Assembly: GCF_013004595.1 (NCBI RefSeq)
Contig: NZ_JABEMC010000002.1
Location: 372,001 to 436,000 of the forward strand
Length of the DNA: 64,000 nucleotides
Reading direction: 5' to 3'
DNA from: Brevibacterium luteolum
GTDB lineage: Bacteria; Actinomycetota; Actinomycetes; Actinomycetales; Brevibacteriaceae
Shown piece by piece: positions 35,599 to 46,414 of the stretch (position 1 is the stretch's first letter; each line of letters starts with the position of its first letter). The notes under the pieces are model-generated. The model searched no databases, was not told the DNA's origin, and saw only the letters and a program-made list of their open reading frames with translations. A program made the position numbers and the translations under genes.

Positions 35599-36612
35599 TC
35601 AGAGGATGCGGCCGTCGTCGGTGATGACCGACCCGAGCCGGGCCGCACTGTTCCGGGCCGCGCTGCGCCGCCGGCGCGCCTCCGGGTGGAATGTCACCGG
35701 GGTGGCGTCGAGCACCCGGTTGACCATGACGGTGAGGAACCGGCCAGGGGAGAGCCAGTCGGCGACGACATCGTCGCGGACGCGGGCCTCAGGCAGGCGG
35801 TCGATGATCGCATCGAGGTCCCCGCCGGGTGCCAGCTGTGCGGCGTCGTCGAACAGGGTGCCGCTGGCTCTCGGGTCGGTGTAGTCGAAGATGATGATGC
35901 TGGTGGCGTGGTAGGCATCGTCCTCCTGCCCGAGCTTGCCGACGAGGTCGAAGAGCCAGTCGGCAGTCGCCGGAGCCGTCTCCAGGATGTCCGAGCGCAG
36001 TCCGAGCACGAAGCCGAGGGCGGCCAAGGGGTGGCGCAGCCGCAGGTTCTTCGCATCTCCGTAGGACTCCTCGACGCGGTTGGCGGCGTTCTTGCCATAG
36101 GAGGAGTCCATCCGCTTCGTCGAGATGAGCAGCTCGGGCCCGGTCGCCCAGTCGGTCATCATGACATCGACCTGTTTGAGGTAGTGCTTGCCGAGGATGT
36201 TCGCACTCGCCGCCGTCGCACCGGGAATCGCGGTGCGCTGGGCCAGCCGGGCGGTGAGGGCGTCGCGTTCGGCTGCCGGCAGGCCGGCGAGCAGCTTGGC
36301 GATCGGGGTCGGCAGGATCCGCGGATGGGTCGCCCGCGGCCACACGGCATCGGGGTCGAAGCCGGCGCGGCGCAGCTCATAGGACAGCCACACATCCAAT
36401 GCCAGGGCAGGCACACCGGTCTGGCTGCCGGCCCGCAGCAGCAGCGGCACGCCGAGCAGCCGCTCCAAGGTCGGGACGTCGGGGGAGAACCGCAGCCTGC
36501 CGTCATCGGTCGTCGTCCACGGATCGGCGTGCTCACCGTCAGGTGCGGCCTGGGCGATGATGTGGTCGAAGAGCAGCCAGGCGCGTTCCTTCGCACTCGT
36601 CTCAGCGGCCAC
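35599..36612 (-). CDS. Putative PD-(D/E)xK restriction endonuclease (distantly XhoI/PaeR7I-like)
   Basis: KQVDV..PELLISTK..SYGKNAANRVEESYGDA; overlaps the MTase stop; start codon uncertain (36612-36648). Confidence 0.65.
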   Translation of the reverse strand: MAAETSAKERAWLLFDHIIAQAAPDGEHADPWTTTDDGRLRFSPDVPTLERLLGVPLLLRAGSQTGVPALALDVWLSYELRRAGFDPDAVWPRATHPRILPTPIAKLLAGLPAAERDALTARLAQRTAIPGATAASANILGKHYLKQVDVMMTDWATGPELLISTKRMDSSYGKNAANRVEESYGDAKNLRLRHPLAALGFVLGLRSDILETAPATADWLFDLVGKLGQEDDAYHATSIIIFDYTDPRASGTLFDDAAQLAPGGDLDAIIDRLPEARVRDDVVADWLSPGRFLTVMVNRVLDATPVTFHPEARRRRSAARNSAARLGSVITDDGRIL

Positions 36613-38260
36613 TGGCACCCCTGACGGTCCGTCGGCGCACCATCTCATCTCTGGCCTGTCGCACGTCGTCGAGCTCTCGTGCGCTCAGGTGCTCGGGCTC
36701 AGACAGCAGCACGGCATCAACGAGTGCGGATGCCTCGGCCAGCCGGCCGGTGCGCAGCAGCCGGGCGACGCGCGGGCGGATGGCGGCCAGCGCCTCGGCG
36801 GCGGAGGCGATGAGCGCAGGGGAGGGGACTGCCCAGCGGTCGGCTTCCTTGGGTTCGAGTTTGAGGATGCCCCCGCCGTAGCTGCGGCCGACGATCTCAG
36901 CGTGCAGCATCGTCACGGCGTTGAGGCTGGCCAGCGGCAGCAGCTCACTGCCGAGCTCACGGTGCTCCTCGCGCAGATACACCCCGTGCACGGAGTTGAG
37001 GTGCCGGGCGCGGGCGCTGTTCGTCGTCAGGCGGGGAGTGTCGGCGTTCATGCACGTCAGCAGCAGATCGGCAGGCTCCAGCAGCGGCACCCGGTACCAG
37101 GTGCGGCGCACCCGGCACTTGTAGGCCTCGTGCACACCGGTGCGCTCACCGGCCTCGATGTAGGCCGCCGCCGCAGCAGAGAGCGGTTCGCGCGGATAGA
37201 ACAGCTGCGTTGCCTGATCCTCGCCTGCCAGCCGGCGCAGCTGTGCAGGGGTGAGGGAGAGCCCGCGCAGATGCGAGCTGCCGGGCGGAGAGACGCGCAT
37301 GAGATCACGGGAGGTCAGCCCGAGTTCGGCGGCACGGGAGGTCGAGAGCGTGAAGTACTTGTTGTTGCCGGTCACCGTGCCCAGCGTCGTATCCCCCCAG
37401 GTCTCCAGATCGCAGAACCGCCCGGCCTCCATCTGCGTCTGCAGGGCGGTAGTCGCTGCGGGGCTGACGAGGCTGTCGATCCACTTGGCCGCCGGGTCGA
37501 CCGGCGTCCACTGCTGACCGGGCGCCAGGGCAGTGAGCTCTGAAGCCGCACGGGCCTGCCGGATCGTCGCATGGGCGCTCGGGCCCTCCTGGTAGCCGTC
37601 GGCCAGCAGCAGGACGACCTCGGTCTCAGCACCTGGGAAGACCTGCTCTTCGAAGAGGACGAGTTCGACGCTGCGGAAGCTCTCGAACAGGAAGGTGCGC
37701 ACCGGGGCGGCATAGTTGACGGTCAGCAGCTCGGCCGGCAGCACGAGGCCCAGCCGGCCGCCGGACCGCAGGAACAGAGCGGAGTGGATGGTGAAGGCCG
37801 CCCAGCTGGAGGCCAGCCCGGACAGGGCGACCCCGCCGCGCAGCGCGGCCTCCCGGGCGCGAGCCCGGCTCTCACCGGTGAACCCCTGATAGCGGATGAA
37901 CGGCGGATTGCCGATGACGGTGTCATAGTCACCGGTCGGCGGCAGGCGGAAGAAGTCGCTGACCTCGATATCGGCCCGGCCCCCGGCAGCGGTGACGCGG
38001 GCACGGCCGATCTCCGCGCTCTCGGGATGGATCTCCACCCCGTGAACGGTCGGGGTGCTGGCGCGGGCCGGATCGAGGGCCGTCAGCCGCCGGTGGGCTG
38101 AGAGCAGGAACGCGGCATCTCCGGCAGAGGGCTCGAGCACCCGGTCATCCGGGGAGCGGACCGCCCAGGCGGCGATGAACTCGGTGATGTCGGCAGGCGT
38201 GAAGAACGCACCGCGGGCCTTGCGCAGGGCGGAAGTGTCAGCCGGCGAGGCTGCGGGCAT
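36602..38260 (-). CDS. N6-adenine DNA methyltransferase (gamma class)
   Basis: RKARGAFFTP (motif X), VLEPSAGDAAF (motif I), GNPPF (motif IV), LVLPAELL; C-terminal target-recognition region. Confidence 0.92.
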   Translation of the reverse strand: MPAASPADTSALRKARGAFFTPADITEFIAAWAVRSPDDRVLEPSAGDAAFLLSAHRRLTALDPARASTPTVHGVEIHPESAEIGRARVTAAGGRADIEVSDFFRLPPTGDYDTVIGNPPFIRYQGFTGESRARAREAALRGGVALSGLASSWAAFTIHSALFLRSGGRLGLVLPAELLTVNYAAPVRTFLFESFRSVELVLFEEQVFPGAETEVVLLLADGYQEGPSAHATIRQARAASELTALAPGQQWTPVDPAAKWIDSLVSPAATTALQTQMEAGRFCDLETWGDTTLGTVTGNNKYFTLSTSRAAELGLTSRDLMRVSPPGSSHLRGLSLTPAQLRRLAGEDQATQLFYPREPLSAAAAAYIEAGERTGVHEAYKCRVRRTWYRVPLLEPADLLLTCMNADTPRLTTNSARARHLNSVHGVYLREEHRELGSELLPLASLNAVTMLHAEIVGRSYGGGILKLEPKEADRWAVPSPALIASAAEALAAIRPRVARLLRTGRLAEASALVDAVLLSEPEHLSARELDDVRQARDEMVRRRTVRGASGR

Positions 38261-38498
38261 GGACGTCACCTCTCCATTATCGATCATCGCGCTTCGAAAT
38301 CCCGACCCCGCGGCGTGTGCTGCCTGCCGGTGGGATCGCCTCCCAGTCAACACCTCGGCACTGACATCGACACCCGGGCGCTGTCGCACGCCGTCACGGC
38401 GCGGTCGTCACTTGGCCGCCTGTCGACGCGCTGGGTACATTGGAAAGCACACACGACACTGCGCCGGCAGGCGGTGCAGAGGGCGGAGCACAGCAGAA

Positions 38499-39209
38499 GT
38501 GAAGAGACTCTTCGGACACCCGATGGTATTCATCGTGCTGCTCATCTGCGGGCTGCTCATGGCCACCTCGGCGAAGACCTCCGACGGCACCCGGCTGCGC
38601 ACCGAGGCCTCAACACTGCCCGACATCGTCAAGGAGCGCTCCGACCAGGGCCGCAAGCTCGAAGAGAGCGTGGCCGAGCAGCGCCGCACCGTCGAGGAGC
38701 TGCAGCGCCGCTCCGGCTCCGACGAAGCCGATGAAGCGCAGAAGTTCGCCGATGCGCTCGCCGCCGAGGCCCGGGCAGCCGAACTCACAGGCGAGGGTGT
38801 CACCGTCACCCTCGATGACGCGCCGCGGGAGTCGATGAACCTGCCCGGCGTATCCGTCAACGACCTCGTCATCCACCAGCAGGACCTCGAAGGCGTCATG
38901 AACGCGCTGTGGGCCGGCGGGGCGAAGGGCATGTCCGTCCAGGGCCAGCGCATCGTTGCGACCTCCTCGGTCCAGTGCGTCGGCAACACCCTGCGGGTCA
39001 GCTCGCAGGTGTACTCCCCGCCGTATGTCATCGAAGCCGTCGGCGACCCGGACGCACTGCGTCAGGCACTCAGCGACTCTCCAGCTGTGCAGGTCTATCA
39101 GCAGTACGCCGAGCGCTTAGGATTAGGGTGGAAAGTCGAGACCGGAACGCTGACCCTCGATGCGTATGAGGGCGCGTTCGACCTCTCCCAAGCAAAGGTG
39201 AAGCAGTAG
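38499..39209 (+). CDS. DUF881 domain protein
   Basis: GEGVTVTLDDAP, HQQDLEGVMNALWAGGA, CVGNTL, PPYVIEAVGD. Confidence 0.9.
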   Translation: MKRLFGHPMVFIVLLICGLLMATSAKTSDGTRLRTEASTLPDIVKERSDQGRKLEESVAEQRRTVEELQRRSGSDEADEAQKFADALAAEARAAELTGEGVTVTLDDAPRESMNLPGVSVNDLVIHQQDLEGVMNALWAGGAKGMSVQGQRIVATSSVQCVGNTLRVSSQVYSPPYVIEAVGDPDALRQALSDSPAVQVYQQYAERLGLGWKVETGTLTLDAYEGAFDLSQAKVKQ

Positions 39210-40291
39210 TGGATCAACCGATGTCGCGCCGTGAGCGCATCGCGCAGGAGCGCGCTGCCGCAGCTCGGCAGACCGGCAATGGCGCCGGTGACAGCGGAAC
39301 CGCAGCCGCCTCCGGCACTGCAGGGGCACCGACGAGTGGGGCAGCCCCCACCGGCCCGCGGCCTGTCATCAAATCCGCCTCTCGCCACTCCGAGCACAGC
39401 TACGGCACCCCGAGCGTCGCCTCGGCGCAGGCCTACGGGGCCACTGCCCCGCAGACCGAGCCGATGCCGAGGGCCAACCAGCACGGCGACTTCGACACCG
39501 TCGTCTTCGGCGATGAGCCGTCGCACAACCGCACAGCCCGCAAACCCAAGCCCGAACGCGAGCCGCTCGGCCCGGTGCGCGGCACCATCCGCGCATTCGG
39601 CGAGCTGTGCATCACCGCCGGTCTCATCCTCATCCTGTTCGTCGTCTGGCAGCTGTGGTGGACCGACATCGCGGCCAACGAGGACAACCGCAACCTCGCA
39701 AACGAGCTGACCACGCAGTGGCAGGACAACCCGCGCAACGAGCTGCCTGACGATCCCGACACGCCCTACGTCGGCGATCCGGCCGATCTCAACTCTGCCT
39801 TCGGCATCATGTACATCCCCCGCTTCGGCGAGGACTACTACCGCACGATCGCCGAGGGCGTCTCACTCGAGCCGGTGCTCAACCGGATGGGCCTGGGCCG
39901 CTACCCGAACGCCGCGATGCCCGGAGAAGTCGGCAACTTCGCGATGGCCGGCCACCGCGTGACCTACGGCAAGCCGCTCAACCTCATCGCCGAGATCCGG
40001 CCCGGTGACGAGGCGATCGTGCAGACGGCCGACGGCTACTACACCTACACCTTCGTCAACTTCGACATCGTGCTGCCGGACCAGACCGAGGTGCTCGCCC
40101 CCGTACCGGACATGCCGGACTACAAGGGCAAGGACCGGATCATGACGCTCACGGCCTGCAACCCGATGTTCTCGGCCCGGGAGCGCTACATCGGCTACTT
40201 CGAGCTCACCGACTGGCGGCACGCGAGCGAGGGCCCGCCGGACTCCATCAAGGACTCCTCGGCATACAAGAAGGCAGGTGCGACTGACTGA
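39209..40291 (+). CDS. Class E sortase
   Basis: GELCITAG..WQLWWT TM, GNFAMAGHR, TLTAC, R in SARERY. Confidence 0.92.
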   Translation: MDQPMSRRERIAQERAAAARQTGNGAGDSGTAAASGTAGAPTSGAAPTGPRPVIKSASRHSEHSYGTPSVASAQAYGATAPQTEPMPRANQHGDFDTVVFGDEPSHNRTARKPKPEREPLGPVRGTIRAFGELCITAGLILILFVVWQLWWTDIAANEDNRNLANELTTQWQDNPRNELPDDPDTPYVGDPADLNSAFGIMYIPRFGEDYYRTIAEGVSLEPVLNRMGLGRYPNAAMPGEVGNFAMAGHRVTYGKPLNLIAEIRPGDEAIVQTADGYYTYTFVNFDIVLPDQTEVLAPVPDMPDYKGKDRIMTLTACNPMFSARERYIGYFELTDWRHASEGPPDSIKDSSAYKKAGATD

Positions 40292-40521
40292 TGTACGAAC
40301 TCATCTGGCGGATCCTGCCCGGCAACTGGTTCTCCAAGCTCATTCTGTCCCTCGGCCTCATCGCCGGGGCGTGCTACCTGCTCATGCAGTTCGTGTTCCC
40401 CATCGTCGCCCCGTACATGCCGTTCAACGAGGCGACGATCGAGGAGGAGGGCGACCACGCCCCGGCCCGGCCCGGTGAGGGCGGCGAACCCGGCGTCGAA
40501 GAGCCCGGACAGGGCGGCTGA
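40291..40521 (+). CDS. Small membrane protein
   Basis: MYELIWRILPG..FVFP; translationally coupled on both sides. Confidence 0.75.
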   Translation: MYELIWRILPGNWFSKLILSLGLIAGACYLLMQFVFPIVAPYMPFNEATIEEEGDHAPARPGEGGEPGVEEPGQGG

Positions 40522-41165
40522 TGGCGCGCATCCTCGTCATCGACAACTACGACAGCTTCGTCTACACCCTGGTGAGCTACGTCCGCGAGCTCGGTGCCGA
40601 GACGACGGTGATCCGCAACGACGATCTCACCGCGCCCGAGGTGGCGGGCACCCTGGCAGAGTACGACGGGGTGCTCATCTCCCCGGGTCCCGGAGCCCCA
40701 GCCGATGCCGGTGTGTGCCCGCAGGTCATCGCCCACTGCGCGGACATCGGTCTGCCGGTCCTCGGCGTGTGCCTGGGCCATCAGGCGATGGGCGAGGTGT
40801 TCGGGGCGACGGTGTCGCACTCGCCGGTGCTCATGCACGGCAAGACCTCGCAGATCACCCACACCGGCACCGGCCTGTTCGCCGGCTGCCCGAGCCCGCT
40901 GACCGTCACCCGCTATCACTCCTTGGCGATCGTCGACGAGACCCTGCCCGCGGACGTCTTCGCCGTCACCGCGCAGACCGCCGACGGAGTCATCATGGGC
41001 ATCGAGCACCGAAGCGCGCCGGTGTTCGGCGTGCAGTTCCATCCCGAGTCGGTGCTGACCGAATGCGGGTACCAGATGATCGGCAACTTCCTCGCCGCTT
41101 GCGGGATGCCTGAAGCAGCTGAGGCCGCCCGCTATCGCGCCCCGCTGCTGTCGGCCCGCAGCTGA
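40521..41165 (+). CDS. pabA: Aminodeoxychorismate/anthranilate synthase component II (glutamine amidotransferase, PabA/TrpG)
   Basis: IDNYDSF, SPGPG, GVCLGHQ, RYHSL, QFHPES. Confidence 0.92.
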   Translation: MARILVIDNYDSFVYTLVSYVRELGAETTVIRNDDLTAPEVAGTLAEYDGVLISPGPGAPADAGVCPQVIAHCADIGLPVLGVCLGHQAMGEVFGATVSHSPVLMHGKTSQITHTGTGLFAGCPSPLTVTRYHSLAIVDETLPADVFAVTAQTADGVIMGIEHRSAPVFGVQFHPESVLTECGYQMIGNFLAACGMPEAAEAARYRAPLLSARS

Positions 41166-41254
41166 GGCGCCGCAGCTGAGCCCGGTCCCACCACGCACTG
41201 GGCTGGGACCACCACGCATTGGGGTGAGTCCGGAATGCGCTGAGCCGTGAATGC

Positions 41255-41286
41255 ACTGACCGGCCGAGGGATTCCCGGCCGGTCAG
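41255..41286. terminator. Hairpin between convergent pabA and pknB
   Basis: CTGACCGGCCG/CGGCCGGTCAG stem. Confidence 0.65.
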
Positions 41287-41300
41287 TCGTCTCGCACAGC

Positions 41301-43259
41301 TCAGCTGGTGAAGCCGAAGCGTCCGCGCATGCGGTTCAGGGCGTCGTCTGCGACTTCGTCGAGCCGGTTGCCCGGGTCGAAGGTGTTGTCCGGCCACGGC
41401 CATTCGATGCCACCGCCGTCGCCATCGTCATCGTCCTCGGTCGGTGTCGGCGACGGAGTCGGGGTCTCGGTCGGCTCCGGCGGGGCCTTGGCGATCGTGA
41501 TGGTGATGGTGGCGTGCTGCTCGACCTCCTCACCGGCATCAGTGCTCTGCTTGAAGACCTTGCCCTCTTCGTGATCGGCGGTCTCCTCTTCCCTGACGTC
41601 GCACTCCAGCTGGTAGTCGTCGCTCTTGAGCGCGTCGCAGGCCTCCTGCTCGGTCTTGCCGAGCACATCGGGCACATCGATCCGTCCGGTCGAGAGCACC
41701 AAGTCGACGTTGGAGTCCTTGTCGACCTCGGTGCCGGCCTTCGGGCGCGTCTCGATGACCGTGCCGGCTTCGACGTCGGGTGAGTTCTCGTCGATGTTGT
41801 TGCCGGCCTTGAGGTCGGCATCGTTGATGCGCTGGCGGGCCAGCGACTCGGTCTCCCCGGACACATCGGGCACGGAGACCACGTCGGGGCCGGTGGAGAC
41901 GTAGACCTTGATGGTGTCGCCGTGTTTGACCTGGGAGCCGGCCGGAGGATCGGTCTTGACGACATTGCCCTCCTTGATCTCATCATCGGCGATCGGCTCA
42001 CGATCAGGTGTGAGGTTCTGGTTGATGAGGTAGCTGTCGGCATTATCGGCTGAGCGGTCGCGCAGATCCGCCAGCTCGAAGGTCACCGGCTCCCGTTCCT
42101 TCGTGGCGTTGTAGACCCACAGACCGAGCCCGGCGAGCACGACGGCGACAAGCGCAGCACCGATCCACATCCAGGTCTTGCGCTTGCGCTCCTTCTCCTC
42201 ATCGACACCGTCCTCATCCTCCGGCACGGTGGCGACGGCATTCGTCATCGGCGCGGTGTTCATCGCCTGGGTCGGCACACCGGTGGCGTAGGCCGGCTGC
42301 GGAGTGCCGATGCCGGCTGCGGCCGCCCCTAGCCCGGCACCGGCCAGAGCCGCCGGTGGTCTGAACATCTGGGTGGCGTCATCGGCATCGCCGTCGAGCG
42401 AAGTCGGTCGGCCGTCGCGCACGGCAAGCACGTCCTCGCGGAAGGTGAAGGCATCCTGGTAGCGGATGTCGCGGTCCTTCTCCAGGGCGTGCATGAGCAG
42501 CCGGTCGAGAGCAGGCGGCACCTCGGGATTGAACTCCGAGGGAGCCTTCGGTCGTTCGCCGACGTGCTGGTAGGCGACCGCGAGCTGCGAATCGCCCTGG
42601 AACGGCGGCCGGCCGGCGACGAGTTCGTACAGCAGGCAGGCGGTGGAGTACAGGTCGGAGCGGGCGTCGACGATCTCGCCGCGCGCCTGCTCGGGTGAGA
42701 GGTACTGGGCGGTGCCGACGACCGACTGGGTCTGGGTCAGGCTGCCGGTGTCCTCCAGGGCGCGGGCGATGCCGAAGTCCATCACCTTGATGTCGCCCTC
42801 AGGGGTGAGCATGACGTTGGCGGGTTTGATGTCGCGGTGGACGATGCCGTTGCGGTGGCTGTACTCCAGCGGGCCGAGCACACCTGCGGTGACGTCGAGG
42901 GCCTCGCGGATCGTCAGGCTGCCATGGGTGGAGATGACCTCGCGCAGCGTGTGCCCCTCGACGTACTCCATGACGATGAAGGGCACCTGCACGGTCGAGC
43001 CGCCGGATTCGGAGAAGACCTCCTCACCGGAGTCGTAGACGGCGACGATGCCGGGGTGGTTGAGACCCGCGGCCGCCTGCGCTTCACGCTTGAGGCGGGC
43101 GTGGAACGACGGGTCACGGGCGAGGTCAGAGCGCAGCAGCTTGATGGCAACACGACGGCCCAGGCGGGTGTCGAGGCCCTCATGGACCTCGGCCATGCCG
43201 CCACGTCCCAGCAGCCGATGCACTTCGTATCGGCCGGAGAGTATCCGCGGTTCGCTCAT
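41301..43259 (-). CDS. pknB: PASTA-domain Ser/Thr kinase
   Basis: GRGGMAEV, HRDIKPAN, DFGIAR, GTAQYLSPEQA; TM plus about 3 PASTA repeats. Confidence 0.95.
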   Translation of the reverse strand: MSEPRILSGRYEVHRLLGRGGMAEVHEGLDTRLGRRVAIKLLRSDLARDPSFHARLKREAQAAAGLNHPGIVAVYDSGEEVFSESGGSTVQVPFIVMEYVEGHTLREVISTHGSLTIREALDVTAGVLGPLEYSHRNGIVHRDIKPANVMLTPEGDIKVMDFGIARALEDTGSLTQTQSVVGTAQYLSPEQARGEIVDARSDLYSTACLLYELVAGRPPFQGDSQLAVAYQHVGERPKAPSEFNPEVPPALDRLLMHALEKDRDIRYQDAFTFREDVLAVRDGRPTSLDGDADDATQMFRPPAALAGAGLGAAAAGIGTPQPAYATGVPTQAMNTAPMTNAVATVPEDEDGVDEEKERKRKTWMWIGAALVAVVLAGLGLWVYNATKEREPVTFELADLRDRSADNADSYLINQNLTPDREPIADDEIKEGNVVKTDPPAGSQVKHGDTIKVYVSTGPDVVSVPDVSGETESLARQRINDADLKAGNNIDENSPDVEAGTVIETRPKAGTEVDKDSNVDLVLSTGRIDVPDVLGKTEQEACDALKSDDYQLECDVREEETADHEEGKVFKQSTDAGEEVEQHATITITIAKAPPEPTETPTPSPTPTEDDDDGDGGGIEWPWPDNTFDPGNRLDEVADDALNRMRGRFGFTS

Positions 43260-43277
43260 GCTGTTCCTTCTCGTCTG

Positions 43278-44948
43278 TCAGTTTCCGCCGCGGCCGGAGT
43301 TCTGGCCCGGTCCGCTGCCGTTGTTGCTGCCACCGCCGTTGCCGTTGCCACCGCCGTTGCCGTTGCCGTTGTTGCCACCGCCGTTGCCGTTGCCACCGCC
43401 ATCATCGCCGCCGTCGCCACCATCATCACCGCCGTCGTCCGGTGGCTGGGTGGGCTCAGGTTCGGGTTCCTGCGTCGGCTGCGGGTTGCGCGTGGGCTCA
43501 CCTTCCCGCGTCGGCTCCGGGGCGCGGGTCGGCTCCTGGCGCTGCGGTCCTTCCGACACTTCGATCGTGACGGTGTCACCAGGGGCAAAAGTGTAGCCGT
43601 TGCTGCCCTCGCGGACATCGACGACCGTGCCGGCAGGCTCGTTCGAGGCCACCATCGTCGACCTGACCTTCAGGCCCAACTGTTCGAGGTTCGAGGTCGC
43701 CGAGGATTCTGAGAGGCCGATGTAGTCGCTGGGCTTGATGGTGATCTCCTCCTGCGTCGGCGTTGCCGTCGTTGTCGGAGCAGGAGCCGGTTCATCGTCC
43801 TTGGGGCCGAAGAACAGCCAGCCGATCCAGGCAAGACCGGCCAGCAGCAGGATCACCAGGATCGTGACGATGACCGCCGAGGCCTTCGACTTCTTCCCGT
43901 CCTCCTCGGCCTCCGGGTCCTCGGCCAGCTGGCCATCGGACCCGTACGGGGCGACGGCTGAGGCACCGGTGTGGCTGCCCGGCTGATAGGCGCGGGTCTG
44001 CTGGGTGGCCGGCATGACGCGAGTCGAGGAGTCCTCAGGCTGGCTGAACACGCGGGTGACCGCCTCGGAGGCGGCTGCCGCGGCCGCCCCAGCGGCGAGC
44101 ATCTGCGGGACCGCCGCCTCGGCTGCGGGCACATCGCCGTTCATGAGAGCACGCGCTGCAGTCGCGAGAGCGGCACCGGAGGCCGGGCGCTTCTCCGGCT
44201 GCTTCGACAGCAGCGAGTCGACCAGCCGGCGGACCGGTTCGGAGACCGTCTCCGGCAGCGGCGGGTGCTGGCGGTTGACCTGCGCGATGGCGATCTCGAC
44301 CTGCGAATCCCCGGTGAACGGGCGATTGCCGGCCAGCGCCTCGTAGGCGATGATGCCGAGCGAATACAGGTCCGACTTCGGTGTCGAACCCTTGCCCGTC
44401 GCCTGCTCGGGAGCCAGATACTGGGCGGTGCCCATCACCTGGCCGGTCTTCGTCAAAGGCGCCTGGTCAGCGACCCGGGCGATGCCGAAGTCGGTGATCT
44501 TGACCCGGAAATCCGGGGTGATGAGCAGGTTGCCGGGCTTGACGTCGCGGTGGACGACCCCGGACATGTGCGCAGCATGCAGCGCCTGCGCGGCCTGAGC
44601 GACGATCGAGAGCGTATCGGCCTCGCTCATCGGGCCGCGGTCGAGCAGAGCGGCCAGCGACTCACCGGGCACGAACTCCATGACGAGGTACGGTGAGCCG
44701 TTCTCCTCGCCGTAGTCGTACACGCCGGCGATGCCGGGATCGGACACAGCACCCATCGAACGCGCCTCGGCACGGAAGCGGGCGAGGAATCCCTGATCGG
44801 ACAGGTACTCGTCCTTCATGATCTTCGCTGCGACCTCGCGTTCGAGGACGGTGTCGCGTCCGCGCCACACCTCGCCCATGCCGCCGACGGCGATCCGGCT
44901 GGTGAGTTCGTAACGGCCGCCGAGCAGCGTGCCTGGTTCTGGCCTCAT
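43278..44948 (-). CDS. pknA: Ser/Thr kinase
   Basis: [23 protein letters not shown]; Pro- and Gly/Asn-rich tail. Confidence 0.93.
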   Translation of the reverse strand: MRPEPGTLLGGRYELTSRIAVGGMGEVWRGRDTVLEREVAAKIMKDEYLSDQGFLARFRAEARSMGAVSDPGIAGVYDYGEENGSPYLVMEFVPGESLAALLDRGPMSEADTLSIVAQAAQALHAAHMSGVVHRDVKPGNLLITPDFRVKITDFGIARVADQAPLTKTGQVMGTAQYLAPEQATGKGSTPKSDLYSLGIIAYEALAGNRPFTGDSQVEIAIAQVNRQHPPLPETVSEPVRRLVDSLLSKQPEKRPASGAALATAARALMNGDVPAAEAAVPQMLAAGAAAAAASEAVTRVFSQPEDSSTRVMPATQQTRAYQPGSHTGASAVAPYGSDGQLAEDPEAEEDGKKSKASAVIVTILVILLLAGLAWIGWLFFGPKDDEPAPAPTTTATPTQEEITIKPSDYIGLSESSATSNLEQLGLKVRSTMVASNEPAGTVVDVREGSNGYTFAPGDTVTIEVSEGPQRQEPTRAPEPTREGEPTRNPQPTQEPEPEPTQPPDDGGDDGGDGGDDGGGNGNGGGNNGNGNGGGNGNGGGSNNGSGPGQNSGRGGN

Positions 44949-46414
44949 GAATCCATCACCGCTTCCATGACTGATTTTGCGATCGGGCCGGCGACGCGTC
45001 CACCGGAGGCCTCATTGCCGGCATTGCCGCCGCTTTCGACGACGACTGCCACGGCGACCTGCGGGTCGTCTGCCGGGGCGAAGGAGGTGAACCATGCATG
45101 CGGTGCCCTGCCCTTCGCGTGCTGTGCCGTGCCGGTCTTCGCTGCGACATCGACACCGGGGATCTTCGCGGCTGTGCCGGTTCCCCCGTCGACGACGTTG
45201 ACCATCATGTCCGTCAGCTGACCGGCGGTGTCGCTGCTGATCGGGTTGGAGAAGGTCCGCGGCCGCGGCTCCTCGATGAGATCGAGGGTGCGGGCATTGC
45301 GGATCTGGGAGATGAGCTGGGGCTGCATGAGCTCTCCGTCGTTGGCGATCGCCGAGGCGACCATCGCCATCTGGATGGGGGTGGCGCGCACCTCGAACTG
45401 GCCGAGCGACGACTGGGCGAGCTGCGGTTCGTTCACGTCGGCCGGGAACGAGGAGGCGGTGACCGCCAGCGGCATGTCGAAGCTCTCCCCGAACCCGAAC
45501 TTCTTCGCCTGCTCATTCATCGCCTCAGCACCTAGGTCCATGCCCAGCTGCGCGAACGTCGTGTTGCACGACTTCGTCAGCGCATGGTCGAGGCTGGCGG
45601 TGCTGCCGTTGCCGCAGGAGGCGCCGCCGGCGTTGCGGATCGTCGCCGAGGTCTGCGGCAGGTCGAGAACGGTCGGCGAGGGCAGCTCGGAGTCCTGGGT
45701 GTACTGCCCGGATTCGAGCGCGGCAGCAGCGGTGACGAGCTTGAACGTCGAGCCCGGCGGGTAGAGGTTGCCGCCGATCGCCCGGTTGTAGGCCGGGTTG
45801 GCGTCGTTGTCGATGAGCGAATTGTACGCATCGAGGGCGGCATCCCGGTTGTGCGTGGCCAGCGCGTTGGGGTCCCAGCCCGGCGTCGAGACCATTGCGA
45901 GGACCTTGCCGGTCTTCGGGTCAAGTGCCACGGCGGCGCCGCGCTGGCCGCTCAGACCGTCCCAGGCGGCCTTCTGGGCCTTCGGGTTGATCGTGAGTTC
46001 AACGGCGGCGCCGGCCGGCTGCTGGCCGGTGAGCAGGTTGGAGACCTTGTCGTAGAACAGCGCGTCGTCGGTGCCTGAGAGCAGCCCGTTCTCGGTGCGC
46101 TCGAGCCCGGAGGTGCCCGAGGTGATGGAGAAGTAGCCGGTGAGGCTGGCGTACATCTCCGCCGACATCCCCTCAGCGCCGTACTTGCGCTGGAACTTGT
46201 ACGGGTCGTCGACGGGTTCTGAGTAGGCGATCGGGGTGCCGTCGACGAGGATAGGCCCGCGGTCACGAGAGAGCTCGTCGAGCAGCGTCCGGTTATTCAG
46301 CGGATTGTCCTTCAGCGACTGCGCGGCGAAGTACTGCACGTAGCTCGTCGAGCCGAACAGCAGCGCGAACATCACGAAACCGACGACGGCCAGGTGCTTG
46401 AGCGGATTCTTCAC
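44945..46414 (-). CDS. pbpA: Class B penicillin-binding protein
   Basis: STFK, SCN, KTG motifs. Confidence 0.94.
   Translation of the reverse strand: MKNPLKHLAVVGFVMFALLFGSTSYVQYFAAQSLKDNPLNNRTLLDELSRDRGPILVDGTPIAYSEPVDDPYKFQRKYGAEGMSAEMYASLTGYFSITSGTSGLERTENGLLSGTDDALFYDKVSNLLTGQQPAGAAVELTINPKAQKAAWDGLSGQRGAAVALDPKTGKVLAMVSTPGWDPNALATHNRDAALDAYNSLIDNDANPAYNRAIGGNLYPPGSTFKLVTAAAALESGQYTQDSELPSPTVLDLPQTSATIRNAGGASCGNGSTASLDHALTKSCNTTFAQLGMDLGAEAMNEQAKKFGFGESFDMPLAVTASSFPADVNEPQLAQSSLGQFEVRATPIQMAMVASAIANDGELMQPQLISQIRNARTLDLIEEPRPRTFSNPISSDTAGQLTDMMVNVVDGGTGTAAKIPGVDVAAKTGTAQHAKGRAPHAWFTSFAPADDPQVAVAVVVESGGNAGNEASGGRVAGPIAKSVMEAVMDS

Noticed and set aside
35599..36612. Assigning XhoI specificity (CTCGAG) to the nuclease
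   Set aside because: Similarity is limited to a short motif, so specificity cannot be inferred
43300..43445. GGN/GGD repeats, considered as a CRISPR-like or other array
   Set aside because: Low-complexity coding tail of PknA with no repeat-spacer structure; no CRISPR array or cas gene seen in the window
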